NCBI GenBank assembly: GCA_963719515.1 | Contig: CAVRCJ010000020.1 | Span: 23,176 to 87,175, forward strand | DNA length: 64,000 bases | DNA from: an uncultured cyanobacterium | GTDB lineage: Bacteria > Cyanobacteriota > Cyanobacteriia > CAKZMO01 | Direction of reading: 5' to 3' | Shown: positions 10,845-21,938 of the stretch, in pieces | Position numbering within the stretch: the first letter of the stretch is position 1 | How the letters are laid out: each line of letters begins with the position of its first letter | Program-made: the position numbers and the translations under genes | Notes under the pieces: generated by a model | Databases searched by the model: none | Told to the model about the DNA's origin: nothing | Seen by the model: only the letters and a program-made list of their open reading frames with translations

Positions 10845-11268
10845 TCAAAGGCGCAGCTCCATCGGCAAAGGCGGCCAATCCTACGGTAGACGGCCCATAC
10901 GTCGCCTAAGTCATACTTCTTTACAAAAGCCGGCCCCAGCCTTCATGGTTGCGGGTTCAGTCCTTTGACGTATCAACACCAGCCGTTTGAGGGACCTATC
11001 GTGCTGAAAACACTGAGGAATTCTGTCATCAATCGATAGGAACCTGGGGCGAAATGATTTTCATGCCCGGGTTTTTCTAGTAGAGTCCTTAGTTAGAGAT
11101 CCATTTTCGACGGCAAGAGTTGACTGTATCAATTGTGGGCTACTGTAGCGGATGCGCCCCTCAGCCGCTACAGTACCGCCCTCATGTTCTGGCAGTTGGT
11201 GGTAGGCCTGGGCCGCAGCTCATTGAACTTACCGGTCTTTCGCTGTTTTTTTAAACTTCTAAGCAACT

Positions 11269-14200
11269 ATGAGTTCTACGCTTCATTCTTCTGATGATGT
11301 CTCTCTCTCCGATGCAGCGGTTCAGCACCGAAGAGTTTCAGGCGACACCACTCCCCTTACACAATCAGACTCATTCCTGCGCCACCGTCTCAAGGCTATG
11401 GAAGAGGTGTGGGAATCAGTCCTACGTCAAGAGTGCGGTATTGAGTTCGTCGCGCTGCTTCAAAAGCTGCTTGCGCTTTGTTCTCCGGAAGGACAAGCCC
11501 CCGAGATAGGCGGTCAAGAAGCTTTAGAATTGGTCGAAAACCTGGACCTCAACGACGCTATTCGGGTCACGCGAGCGTTTGCGCTTTACTTTCAGCTGAT
11601 CAATATCGTCGAGCAGCACTACGAGCAGAGAGACCAGCAGGAACATTATCGAAGCACGCACGAGCGGTTGAGGCAGCCAGGCCAAGAGTTTCAGTCTTTT
11701 TTTGCCTCTGATTCTACCCCAGTCCACCTCCACGATGAAGAGAGCGATCCACCGACAGAGACCCTAGAGCGCCACCTGCAAAACACCCTCTCTAGGCGGC
11801 GAGAAGCGCGAACCTTCTACAGCATTTTTCCAAAGCTCAAGCGGCTCAACGTTCCTCCGCAGCATATTCAAGCGCTGATCAATCAGCTCGACGTGCGCCT
11901 GGTGTTTACGGCCCACCCGACAGAGATTGTACGCCACACTATCCGGGGGAAGCAGCGGCGCATTGTTCATATCTTGCGGGAGCTTGACCAGCTGGAGAGC
12001 AGTCGGCCAGTTCAGCTCGATGAGGCTTCGGACCTTACCTTTGAGCAGCGTACGAGCCCCGAGGTAGAGGCCGCTCAGAAACGACTGATGGAGGAAGTCC
12101 GCCTCTGGTGGCGTACCGATGAGCTGCATCAGTTTAAGCCCTCCGTATTAGACGAAGTGGACTTTACGCTGCATTACTTCGATAAAGTGCTGTTCGATGC
12201 GATTCCTCAGCTCTATCAGCGGTTTCGCAACGCCCTAGGGACGACGTTTCCAGATCTGACCCCGCCCCGCTACGATTTCTGCAAGTTCGGATCCTGGGTA
12301 GGTTCAGACCGCGACGGCAACCCATCAGTGACGCCGATTGTCACCTGGAAGACGGCCTGCTATCAGCGCAACATGGTGCTCGGCAAGTATATCGAGTCGG
12401 TGGACAATCTTACCGAGCTGCTGAGCCTCTCCCTGCATTGGAGCGATGTCCTGCCCGAGCTGCTGGAGTCGCTGGAGCAGGACCAGGCTCGTATGCCTGA
12501 TATCTACGAGGCGAACGCGGTGAAGTTTCGCCAGGAGCCCTACCGACTGAAGTTCTCCTATATTAAGCGGCGACTTGAAAACACGCGCGAGCGCAACCAG
12601 CAGCTGCAGAACAGCGACTTCTCGCAGACCGACCTTCCCGAGAACAGTCTGCAGCTCATCTACAGCAACGGAGCCGAGTTTCTCACGGATCTGCAGCTCA
12701 TTCACCGCAGCCTTAAAGAGACGGGGCTAGCCTGCGAGGCGTTAGACCAGCTCATTTGCCAGACCGAAATTTACGGCTTCAACCTCGCCCGCCTAGACGT
12801 GCGGCAGGACAGCTCCCGCCATTCCGACACCATCAACGAAATTGCCGAATACATGGGGGTACTGCCCCGTCCCTACAACGATCTATCTGAAGAAGAGCGC
12901 GTCAAATGGCTGGTGTCTGAGCTGCAGACGAGGCGACCGCTAATTCCAGCGGAGATGCCCTTCTCTGAAACCACGCAAGAGACTGTGGTGACGATGCGGA
13001 TGATGCGCAAGCTGCACCAAGAGTTTGGCCCCCAAATCTGCCAGACCTACGTCATTAGCATGTGCAACTACGTGAGCGACCTCCTAGAGGTGATGCTGCT
13101 GGCGAAGGAAGCGGGGCTTTACGATCCGGCGACAGGAAGCGGCAGCATTCACGTCGTGCCGCTATTTGAAACGGTAGAAGACCTCAGGCGCGCCCCGGCC
13201 GTAATGAAGGAGCTGCTGGAGCTGCCCCTCTACCGCACCTTTTTGGCAGGGGGAGAGAACGGTCCGGGTCCCTCATCGCCCCAAGCAGACCTACAGGAGG
13301 TGATGCTGGGCTACTCCGACAGCAATAAGGACTCGGGCTTTTTAAGCAGCAACTGGGAAATCCACAAGGCTCAGCGAGCGCTTCAAGATACGGTGTCACC
13401 CTACGGCGTCTCTTTGCGAATTTTTCACGGACGAGGCGGCTCGGTAGGACGAGGGGGAGGCCCTGCCTATGAGGCTATTTTGGCCCAGCCGGGACGCAGC
13501 ATTGATGGCCGCATTAAAATCACTGAGCAGGGGGAGGTGCTGGCCTCGAAGTACAACCTGCCGGAGCTAGCGCTGCACAATCTGGAGACGGTGGCAACGG
13601 CGGTGCTGCAGGCCAGCTTGCTCAATACGGGATTCGACGGCATTGAGCCCTGGAACAACATCATGGAAGAGCTGGCGATGCGATCGCGAGACCCACTACC
13701 GGGCGCTGATCTATGAGGAGCCTGACTTTATCGACTTCTTCCACCAGGTGACGCCCATTGAGGAGATCAGTCAGCTACAAATTAGCTCCCGCCCAGCGCG
13801 GCGCGGCGGCAAAAAGAAAGGACTGTCGGGGCTGCGGGCAATTCCTTGGGTCTTCAGCTGGACGCAGACGCGGGTGCTGCTGCCCTCTTGGTATGGGGTA
13901 GGTACGGCGCTAAATGAGTTCCTGCAGGAGGACGCCACCGAGAATCTGAAGCTGATGCGCTACTTCTACTACAAGTGGTCTTTCTTCCGCATGGTGATCT
14001 CAAAGGTAGAGATGACCCTGGCTAAAGCGGATCTAGGAATCGCTCAGCATTATGTAGAGCAGCTCACGAATCCTGAAGACCGCGATCGCTTTGATCGTCT
14101 CTTCAAGCAGATCGCCGATGAGTTCTATTTAACGCGAGACCTAATTCTGCGAATCACCAATCACGAGCGGCTGCTGGATGGTGACCCAGAGCTGCAGCGC

Positions 14201-14392
14201 TCGGTGCAGCTGCGCAACAGCACAATCATCCCCTTAGGCTTTCTGCAGGTATCGCTGCTGAAGCGGCTGCGGCAGCACCGGACGAGCGCGGCGACGGGAA
14301 TGATGCGATCGCGCTACAGCCGGGCGGAGCTGCTGCGGGGGGCGCTGCTGACGCTAAACGGGATTGCGGCGGGGATGCGAAACACGGGCTGA
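11269..14392 (+). CDS. ppc: Phosphoenolpyruvate carboxylase, split by a +1 frameshift near 13690
   Basis: [38 protein letters not shown] in ORF1; [10 protein letters not shown] and terminal GMRNTG in ORF2; removing one base from CGAGACCCAC restores SR.HYRALIY. Confidence 0.95.
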
Positions 14393-14419
14393 TGCAGGCG
14401 GATCTGTGGGGTGCCTGTC

Positions 14420-14603
14420 GTAAGGGCACAGCATGCTGTGCCCCTACCGTGCCGGGGCCTTATTCAACAAAACGCGACGTATCGCCGTGCCGGGGCCTTA
14501 TCCAACAAAACGCGACGTATCGCCGTGCCGGATCACCACCGCCACGGGGCGAGCGGATGCGATACCCTATCTACAGACCCGGACAGGGCAGTGCCCTGCC
14601 CCC
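14420..14603. repeat. REP-like palindromes flanking a 38-bp tandem repeat
   Basis: GTAAGGGCACAGCATGCTGTGCCCCTAC at 14420-14447; CCGTGCCGGGGCCTTAT(T/C)CAACAAAACGCGACGTATCG twice plus a partial copy; CAGGGCAGTGCCCTG hairpin near 14584. Confidence 0.8.
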
Positions 14604-14632
14604 AACCTGCGTAACGGCACCCCAATATCCCC

Positions 14633-16978
14633 ATGAATGCCTCGGCTGACTTTCTTGCCCAGCTCAACCCTGCCCAGCGTCAGGCTGTCGAGCACTACTG
14701 CGGCCCACTGCTAGTGGTAGCGGGAGCCGGGTCCGGCAAGACCAGGGCGCTCACCTACCGCATTGCCAACCTGATTCTCACTCACCGGGTTGACCCCAGC
14801 AACATCCTGGCGGTTACCTTCACTAATAAAGCCGCCCGGGAGATGAAGGAACGCATTGAAACCCTGTTTGCGGAACAGAGCGCCCGGGCAAAGCACGGCA
14901 AGCCCCTAGAAGCCCTCACTGCCGCCCAGCAAACTAAACTGCGATCGCAGGTCTACCGAGACATCACCAAAGAGCTGTGGATCGGCACCTTTCATGCGCT
15001 GTGCGCCCGTATCCTCCGCTTTGATATTGAAAAGTATAGAGACGGTCAGGGCCACCAGTGGACCCGCAGCTTCTCTATCTTTGACGAGTCAGATGCCCAG
15101 TCGGTGGTGAAGCAAATCGTCACTCGGCAAATGAACCTGGACGACAAGAAGTTTGAGCCGCGCTCGGTGCGCTACGCCATCAGCAACGCCAAAAACCAGG
15201 GCTGGTCACCGGACGAGCTAGAGCGAGAGCAAAACAACTACCGAGGCCGGGTGGTGTCGGAAGTTTACCGCCACTATCAAGGGGCACTGGCCCAGAACAA
15301 CGCCTTGGACTTCGACGACCTGATTCGAGTACCGGTGCAGCTGTTTGAGCAAAATGAACAGGTGTTGGGCTACTGGCACAACCGCTTTCGCCACATCCTA
15401 GTGGACGAATACCAAGACACCAACCGCACGCAGTACGACTTCATTCGCCTGCTGACCACCAACGGCGTAGATTCCAAGAGCATTGAAGACTGGCAGCACC
15501 GCTCTATTTTTGTCGTCGGAGATGCCGACCAGTCCATATACTCTTTTCGGGCAGCGGACTTTACCATTCTCATGGGGTTTCAGCAGGACTTCGGCGATCG
15601 CCTCCCCGACGACGACACCCGCACCATGGTGAAACTGGAGGAGAACTACCGCTCTACGGAAAATATCCTGCAGCTGGCCAACCAGCTGATCGAAAACAAC
15701 ACCGAGCGCATCGATAAGGTGCTGCGGCCTACCCGCGCCGAGGGAGAAGCCGCCTACTGCCATCGCTCCGACGATGAGGTGGCCGAGGCCGAATTTGTGG
15801 TGGGTACCATCAGTCAAATGGTCACCGACCCCGACCTCAGCTACGGCGACATCGCCATCCTTTACCGCACCAACGCCCAGTCCCGCGCCCTGGAGGAAGT
15901 GCTGGTGCGGCAGGCCATTCCCTACACCGTGGTGGGCGGGCTAAAGTTCTACGATCGCCGCGAAATTAAAGACGTGCTGGCCTACCTACGGGCGATCGCC
16001 AATCCAGCGGATACCGTCAGCCTCAAGCGAGTAATCAATACGCCTCGGCGGGGCATCGGTAAGACCACGCTAGAGCGACTGGACGGCGCAGCGGCGCAGC
16101 TGGGCATCCCCTTTTGGGAAATCATCAGCGACGAGACCTCAGTAAAAGCCTTAGCGGGCCGCGCCGCCAAGGCGGTAAACGGCTTCGCCGGTATGCTGAA
16201 GCGGCTGCAGGGCGAGAAGGACCAGATTTCCGCCTCTCAGGTGGTGCAAGAGGTTCTGGGAGAATCGGGCTACCTAGAGGAGCTCAAGGCCCAGGGCACC
16301 GAAGAGGCGGACAACCGGCTGCAAAACGTGCAGGAGCTGTACAACGCCGTGCTGCAGTTTGAGGAGGATAGCGAAGACACGAGCCTTCCAGCTTTCTTGT
16401 CCAACGCCTCCTTGGCTTCGGACCTCGACGACCTCAGCGAAGACCGGAACAAGGTCTCCCTAATGACCCTGCACTCCTCTAAGGGGCTGGAGTTCCCGGT
16501 AGTATTTTTGGTGGGCCTAGAGCAGGGCCTGTTCCCCAGCTACCGCTCCCTGGATGACCCCGCCGCCATCGAAGAGGAGCGCCGACTGTGCTATGTGGGT
16601 ATCACCCGCGCCCAAGAGCGCCTGTTCCTCACCCACGCCCGCGCCCGCCGGCTGTACGGCTCCCGCGAGCCCGCGAGCCCTTCCCTGTTTTTAGCCGAGC
16701 TGCCCCGTGACCTGCTGCTCAGTAACTCGGCTAGCGCTATTCCCAAGCTGATGAGGACGCCCGTACAGGAGATTCGCCAGAAGGAAGTCGACGCCCCTGG
16801 CACCCACGAAGACGACTGGGGGGTGGGAGACCTGGTAGTTCACAAAGCGTTTGGCGCGGGCAAGGTCACCCACATCTTTGGGGCCGGGAATAAGATTTGC
16901 CTTGCCGTCAAATTTCCGGGACAGGGCCAGAAGATTATTGACCCCAAGGTGACCCCGCTGCAGCGGGCAGAGGCTTAG
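14633..16978 (+). CDS. pcrA: ATP-dependent DNA helicase PcrA/UvrD
   Basis: AGAGSGKT, VDEYQDTN, VGDADQSIYSFRAA, LEENYRS, TLHSSKGLEF, EERRLCYVGITRA. Confidence 0.96.
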   Translation: MNASADFLAQLNPAQRQAVEHYCGPLLVVAGAGSGKTRALTYRIANLILTHRVDPSNILAVTFTNKAAREMKERIETLFAEQSARAKHGKPLEALTAAQQTKLRSQVYRDITKELWIGTFHALCARILRFDIEKYRDGQGHQWTRSFSIFDESDAQSVVKQIVTRQMNLDDKKFEPRSVRYAISNAKNQGWSPDELEREQNNYRGRVVSEVYRHYQGALAQNNALDFDDLIRVPVQLFEQNEQVLGYWHNRFRHILVDEYQDTNRTQYDFIRLLTTNGVDSKSIEDWQHRSIFVVGDADQSIYSFRAADFTILMGFQQDFGDRLPDDDTRTMVKLEENYRSTENILQLANQLIENNTERIDKVLRPTRAEGEAAYCHRSDDEVAEAEFVVGTISQMVTDPDLSYGDIAILYRTNAQSRALEEVLVRQAIPYTVVGGLKFYDRREIKDVLAYLRAIANPADTVSLKRVINTPRRGIGKTTLERLDGAAAQLGIPFWEIISDETSVKALAGRAAKAVNGFAGMLKRLQGEKDQISASQVVQEVLGESGYLEELKAQGTEEADNRLQNVQELYNAVLQFEEDSEDTSLPAFLSNASLASDLDDLSEDRNKVSLMTLHSSKGLEFPVVFLVGLEQGLFPSYRSLDDPAAIEEERRLCYVGITRAQERLFLTHARARRLYGSREPASPSLFLAELPRDLLLSNSASAIPKLMRTPVQEIRQKEVDAPGTHEDDWGVGDLVVHKAFGAGKVTHIFGAGNKICLAVKFPGQGQKIIDPKVTPLQRAEA

Positions 16979-17180
16979 GCCGCCTACAGCTCCGCCGCTA
17001 TGGCCTACCATAGCGCTGACGGAGAGGGCGATCGCGCTTCGCGTTCCTCTGAAGATTTGTATCGAGCGACGGGAATTCGGAAAGTCTACTGTGAAAGAAA
17101 CATTAACGCTTACCTAATTTCCTTATTGAGGAAATATAATTTCTGGGTAAAGCTCATCTTTCACTAAGGACCTGCAGACT

Positions 17181-18852
17181 ATGAAACACGGTAACGAGAG
17201 CTACTTCATCAAAGATGTGGGCTGGATCGTTGGTCACCTTATCCCTGTCGATATTCTACGCGCAGTCTTTAAGAAGTACTGCCCTTGGTATCTCAACCCG
17301 ACGACGGATCCCGTCGGCCCTAAGCCTGACGATCGCCCGCGAGTTCCTCGGCGGGTGTTCTGCCGGCTATTTCCCGAAGGCAATCAGCCCGACGCGGAAG
17401 CGCTCATCGAGCTAGGTTTGGCTATGGAAACAGAGGTTGTCCCCGCGAGCTTTAGCCAGGTTCCGGGTCTAGTCGACATCACGGCGGAGATTAACCGCAG
17501 CGGAGACTCAGACATTCCGGCGGGCTACACCTACTTCGGCCAGTTCGTTGACCACGACATCACCAGTGATCCAACACCGCTGGGAGAAGATGGAACTGTC
17601 GATCCAGACAGCATCTCCAACGGGCGGACTCCCAGCCTTGATCTAGACTGCCTTTACGGTAACGGCCCCGATAAGAACCCCGAACTTTTTGAAGACGACG
17701 GGGTTCACATGAAGGTCGGCACCAACAGTGAAACGCCGGAGGGGGCGCCGGGTGGGCCGATTCTAGGCACGTTTGAGCAAGACTTGCCCCGTACGCCGGA
17801 CAAAAAGGCCATTATTGGCGATGGGCGCAACGACGAAAATCTAGCGGTGGCACAGACCCACCTCGCTTTCATCAAATTCCACAACAAGAAGGCGGATGAA
17901 ATTGCCAGCACCCATCCCAACCTGAAAGGGTATAGATCTATTCAAGGCTGTGCAGAAAGAGGTCATCTTACATTACCAGAGCATCATCCTCCACGACTTC
18001 TTACCCCGCATTGTTGATAATGATGTGCTTCAGGATATTTTGGCCAATGGCCAAAAATTCTATGACAGCGATTTCAAGGAGTGTATGCCCATCGAGTTTT
18101 CGGTGGCAGGCTACCGTCTAGGCCACAGCATGGTGCGTCCCTCCTACGAATGGAACCGGATTTTCAACTCCCACCCCAGCGGGATTGTAGCGACGATGGA
18201 GCTCTTGTTTGAGTTCTCTGAGGTGAGCGGCAGCCGTGGGGAGGGCGACGACCCCTTCTTTGGGAGCCCGACGCTACCCTCTAACTGGATTGTCGATTGG
18301 ACCCGGCTCTATGATTTCTCAGAGGTGAATGGCATCGACAACCACCCTGATCTAAACTTTGCCCGAGAAATCGACGCCAAGCTCTCTTTTGCACTACAGC
18401 AGCTGCCTGAATTCCAGAAGCAGAGTTTACCGCCGGTATTTATCTCTCTAGCAGCCCGCAATCTGCTCAGAGGGCGTCTCCTGAAGCTGCCCACTGGTCA
18501 GGTCGTGGCTCAGGCCATGCAGGACGTGGGGCTCAGCTTTACCCCGTTGACGGCAGAGGAAATTGCCGGTAGCCCCCATGGCGAGATTGTCACCAAGCAC
18601 GGCTTCGACGAAGAAACGCCGCTTTGGTACTACATCTTGCGGGAGGCCAAGGTAAAGCACGACGGCAATAAGCTAGGCCCGGTCGGCAGCCGTATTGTCG
18701 CGGAGGTCTTCGTCGGACTGATTGAGAACAGCGCTATTTCTCTAAGCAAGGAGCACCGAGACCTCAAATTCTCTATGCCGGAGCTGCTAGCCTTTGTGGG
18801 CGAGCTGAATCCTCTGGGCAGCGATGTGCCGGTAGCGGTACCGGCCTCGTAG
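17181..18852 (+). CDS. Animal-type heme peroxidase family protein, split by a +1 frameshift near 17930
   Basis: TYFGQFVDHDIT, LDLDCLYG, GDGRNDENLAVAQTH, then EFSVAGYRLGHSMVR and TPLWYYILREA; removing one G from AAAGGGTATA joins the frames (KGIDLFKAVQ). Confidence 0.88.
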
Positions 18853-18855
18853 AAA

Positions 18856-18896
18856 CGCGAAGAGGGGACATGGTGATGCCATGTCCCCTCTTCGCG
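18856..18896. terminator. 18-bp-stem hairpin between the convergent peroxidase and tRNA-Glu (REP-like or bidirectional terminator)
   Basis: CGCGAAGAGGGGACATGG-tgatg-CCATGTCCCCTCTTCGCG. Confidence 0.65.
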
Positions 18897-18909
18897 CTAT
18901 TTTTGGCAA

Positions 18910-18982
18910 TACCCCCAGGGGAATTCGAATCCCCGTCGCCTCCGTGAAAGGGAGGTGTCCTAGGCCTCTAGACGATGGGGGC
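18910..18982 (-). tRNA. trnE: tRNA-Glu (anticodon TTC)
   Basis: Reverse complement GCCCCCATCGTCTAGAGGCCTAGGACACCTCCCTTTCACGGAGGCGACGGGGATTCGAATTCCCCTGGGGGTA folds as a cloverleaf; CCA not encoded. Confidence 0.97.
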
Positions 18983-19000
18983 CTGACTGCCACTCTTACT

Positions 19001-19030
19001 AAGATATTAGATAGCTTTGAACTCTGTCAA
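19001..19030 (-). promoter_or_regulatory. Sigma70-type promoter of tRNA-Glu
   Basis: Minus strand TTGACA-N18-TATCTT just upstream of the tRNA. Confidence 0.6.
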
Positions 19031-19055
19031 CTCTTTTGAAGAATTAAGGGCTAAG

Positions 19056-19340
19056 CTACTGAGCCCCTCTTGAATTTCTCAAGCGAATCACCTGTCGTCG
19101 CATCTGCGCTGAGGCTTCGGTTTCCGACACGGCCTCAGCCTGCGCCTCGGCAGAAATTGGTTCTAGGTAGTCGTCAGGGCCACAGGCAAAGGCTTCTAGC
19201 AACCGCTCCAGCAGTCGCTCGCGATCGCCTAAGAGCGCCTCGTCCTCAACCAGACGAAACTTGAGATGAACCTCGCAGTCATAGACGCCAACCACGGGTC
19301 GCGCCGACTGATGCTTTAGAGAATTAGATTTCCTGGCCAT
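19056..19340 (-). CDS. Npun_R1517/Asr1734-like small regulator
   Basis: VGVYDCEVHLKFRLVE...LLEAF..G.DDYLE...ASAQMRRQVIRLRN, recognised from memory of the family. Confidence 0.7.
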   Translation of the reverse strand: MARKSNSLKHQSARPVVGVYDCEVHLKFRLVEDEALLGDRERLLERLLEAFACGPDDYLEPISAEAQAEAVSETEASAQMRRQVIRLRNSRGAQ

Positions 19341-19789
19341 AAAACTCGTACTGATAGCGTAATAAAGATAGTTGGTGTCTAGCGCTATGTATTAGCAGCA
19401 GCACTTCCAGGTAGGGGCTCCTAGAGCGCAGTTTGGGACATTGGGATGAAGCACAGGGGCGGTGACGGAATGCCCTCGTCAGAAGTAGCTCGGACAGCGC
19501 TCAGGCTATACCGTCAACTGGAGGAAGTGCTGCCGACGCGTCCCTTAGAGATATGGACTACTTCTATCATTCTCTGAATCTTTGCCCAGCACGTCTATAA
19601 AGCATTCGTGAGGATCATGCAGAAACACGTAATGATTTTGTGGCTACCCTGTGAGCCAGAGATTTGCTTAGCCTCTCAACCTTTCTTGGGCCAAAACAGG
19701 CGGCAGCCTAAGAAGGGTTTTCCTGACAGAAATAGTCTACTAAAACCGCATGATATTCTGGCGTCACGTTCTTGTCGTAAGCCACCGCT

Positions 19790-20587
19790 ATGCGCTCTGT
19801 TAGTCGTGCCATTCGTATCGCCCAAACCCTAATCGCTGTGTACTACGCCTACATGGTGGAATATCGTGCGGAGCTGATGTTTTGGGTGCTTTCAGGAAGT
19901 CTGCCGCTGATTCTCATGGGCGTTTGGACGGAAGCTGCTGCAGGAGGGCAGTTCGGCCTCTCCTCAATCGATTTTGCCCGCTACTTCATTGCCGTCTTTT
20001 TCGTCCGTCAGTTCAGCGTCGTTTGGGTAATTTGGGACTTTGAGCGCGAGGTCGTCGAGGGGAGACTTTCCTCCCGACTCCTACAGCCCCTCGACCCCGG
20101 GTGGCACCATCTGAGTTCTCACTTTGCCGAACGCTTTGCGCGGCTGCCGTTTATTGCGCTTGTGATTGGCCTATTTTTTGCCCTTTATCCCCAAGCAACC
20201 TGGCTACCCAGCCTGGGAACGGCGGCGTTAGTTGCGTTCATCATTGGCCTTGCCTTTGTGCTGCGGTTCGTAATTCAGTACACGTTCGCACTGTTCGCGT
20301 TTTGGACTGAGCGCGCTAGCGCCATCGAAGATTTCTGGTATTTGCTGTATCTATTCCTCTCTGGCATGATTGCCCCGCTGGAAATCTTTCCTGCAGCGGT
20401 TCGCAACGTTATTGTCTGGCTGCCTTTTCCCTACCTCATTCACTTTCCAGCCAGTTTACTAGTGGGTCTACCAACCGACATTCCCCGCAGCCTCGCCATT
20501 ATGACGGCCTGGATAGCCCTGTTCTTTGGCCTCAACCGCTGGCTATGGCGGCGAGGGCTCAAGCAGTATTCTGGGATGGGAGCTTGA
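19790..20587 (+). CDS. ABC-2 type (DUF990) transporter permease
   Basis: MVEYRAE, EGRLSSRLLQPL, LSGMIAPLEIFP, six TM helices. Confidence 0.85.
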   Translation: MRSVSRAIRIAQTLIAVYYAYMVEYRAELMFWVLSGSLPLILMGVWTEAAAGGQFGLSSIDFARYFIAVFFVRQFSVVWVIWDFEREVVEGRLSSRLLQPLDPGWHHLSSHFAERFARLPFIALVIGLFFALYPQATWLPSLGTAALVAFIIGLAFVLRFVIQYTFALFAFWTERASAIEDFWYLLYLFLSGMIAPLEIFPAAVRNVIVWLPFPYLIHFPASLLVGLPTDIPRSLAIMTAWIALFFGLNRWLWRRGLKQYSGMGA

Positions 20588-20594
20588 GCTGAGG

Positions 20595-21011
20595 CTATCT
20601 TACTACCAGCTCTGGATATCCCGTTTCGTCGTCAGGATGCCGGTAAAACTGCACTTGGAGGAGTACTCCAATCACCAGCTCAACAGTGGTGTAGATTTTA
20701 CATCCCTCAAGTAGATGACCACCATAGGTTTGGCCGCGCTTGTCGGAAACTGCAATGTGGATATGACACCCCTCTGGAGAAAGGGTCCCTCCCAAAGACA
20801 CAATTTCGAAGTGGCCTTTTAAATTCATTCCCAAAGGCTGTCCAGCGAAGCGAATTGCCGCCTGCGTTAAGCTGCCGACGCAGGAAAGGATACAGGCCGC
20901 TTGCCAGCCCTGAGACTCAACCATCCGAGTTATCTCCCCTTTTAGATCCTGACCGGGGTAGAGGCGGAAAGCGATCGCCTTTATATCGGTAATAGGTATC
21001 GGCTGACTCAT
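20595..21011 (-). CDS. PPC/DUF296 domain protein
   Basis: RLYPGQDL, FEIVSLGGT, HIHIAVSD..G..YGGHL. Confidence 0.9.
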   Translation of the reverse strand: MSQPIPITDIKAIAFRLYPGQDLKGEITRMVESQGWQAACILSCVGSLTQAAIRFAGQPLGMNLKGHFEIVSLGGTLSPEGCHIHIAVSDKRGQTYGGHLLEGCKIYTTVELVIGVLLQVQFYRHPDDETGYPELVVR

Positions 21012-21086
21012 ACTGCCTCCGTGAGACCAATTTTGTTTATAGCGAGAGGGCCTCTGGCTTCAGCTTGTTGTCGGATTAGAAATTAG

Positions 21087-21938
21087 TCAAGGCAATACGC
21101 CGCTGAGATGAGTCAAAACCGGGTCGAGTCGCCTGACTTGGGCATTTAGCACAAGCTGAAGATGGCTGCGCGTCACGGTAATTGAGCGAATCGTCGTTGA
21201 GAATGACTCCGTCTCAATATGGCGCTGGCCGACAAGGTGGCCAGCCCACGTCAAAATAGCTGCTGTCTCTGCTAGAAGCGGCACCTGGCCCGGCTTGAAA
21301 TAGGCCTTTTCCAAATAAACCAGTGTCGGCCTAGCACCGTTGGGAGCTTGCTGAGGTGGTATTGCTGTCGCCTCAGCCTGCCCCTTAGGGAGCGATTGGG
21401 AGGAGACCACCCGAAGGGTCCCCGACGCTGCGATCGCCGGAGGCGACGCCGCTTGAACCGCCCCGTGGTGCTGTAGCTGAGCCTCCACGTCAAACTCAAC
21501 CCGCTCGTCCTCCAAGCTACAGCTGGCCTGCTGCAGCTTTAGGGAAAAGGCCTGCTGCCGCTTAAGAAATACTATGGCTTCTAGCCACTGGCGTACCATT
21601 GGGGAGTTGAGAAGCCGGTTCAGACTCTCCTCGCTGATCTTGAGGGCAACGTAGAGGTCCAGAGGCTTTTCTAGCCTCAACTGTCCCTGGACAGCGCCGG
21701 ACAGCGATAGCGAGAGGCGAGCAAGGTCTAGGTCCAAAGAATCCAGTTTGAGGTCAGAGGTTAGCCACAGCCCCTTAGAGTGGATCGAAAGCCCCCCAGC
21801 CTCTCCCTGCAGCAGCTGCCCTAACGCTACAGAACAATCGACTTCTATCTGCTCTGCATCGCTCAGCTGGCTGTAGAGTGCGACTTTGATGAGCTGATTG
21901 ACCAACAGTTCAACAAACCCAGAACTTTCGAAAATCAT
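21087..21938 (-). CDS. DUF2993/LmeA-like protein
   Basis: LYSQLSDAEQIEV...LLQGE...ISEESLNRLLNS pattern; start uncertain. Confidence 0.6.
   Translation of the reverse strand: MIFESSGFVELLVNQLIKVALYSQLSDAEQIEVDCSVALGQLLQGEAGGLSIHSKGLWLTSDLKLDSLDLDLARLSLSLSGAVQGQLRLEKPLDLYVALKISEESLNRLLNSPMVRQWLEAIVFLKRQQAFSLKLQQASCSLEDERVEFDVEAQLQHHGAVQAASPPAIAASGTLRVVSSQSLPKGQAEATAIPPQQAPNGARPTLVYLEKAYFKPGQVPLLAETAAILTWAGHLVGQRHIETESFSTTIRSITVTRSHLQLVLNAQVRRLDPVLTHLSGVLP

Noticed and set aside
14447..14530. 38-bp repeats as a mini CRISPR array
   Set aside because: The units are directly adjacent with no unique spacers, and there are no cas genes in the window
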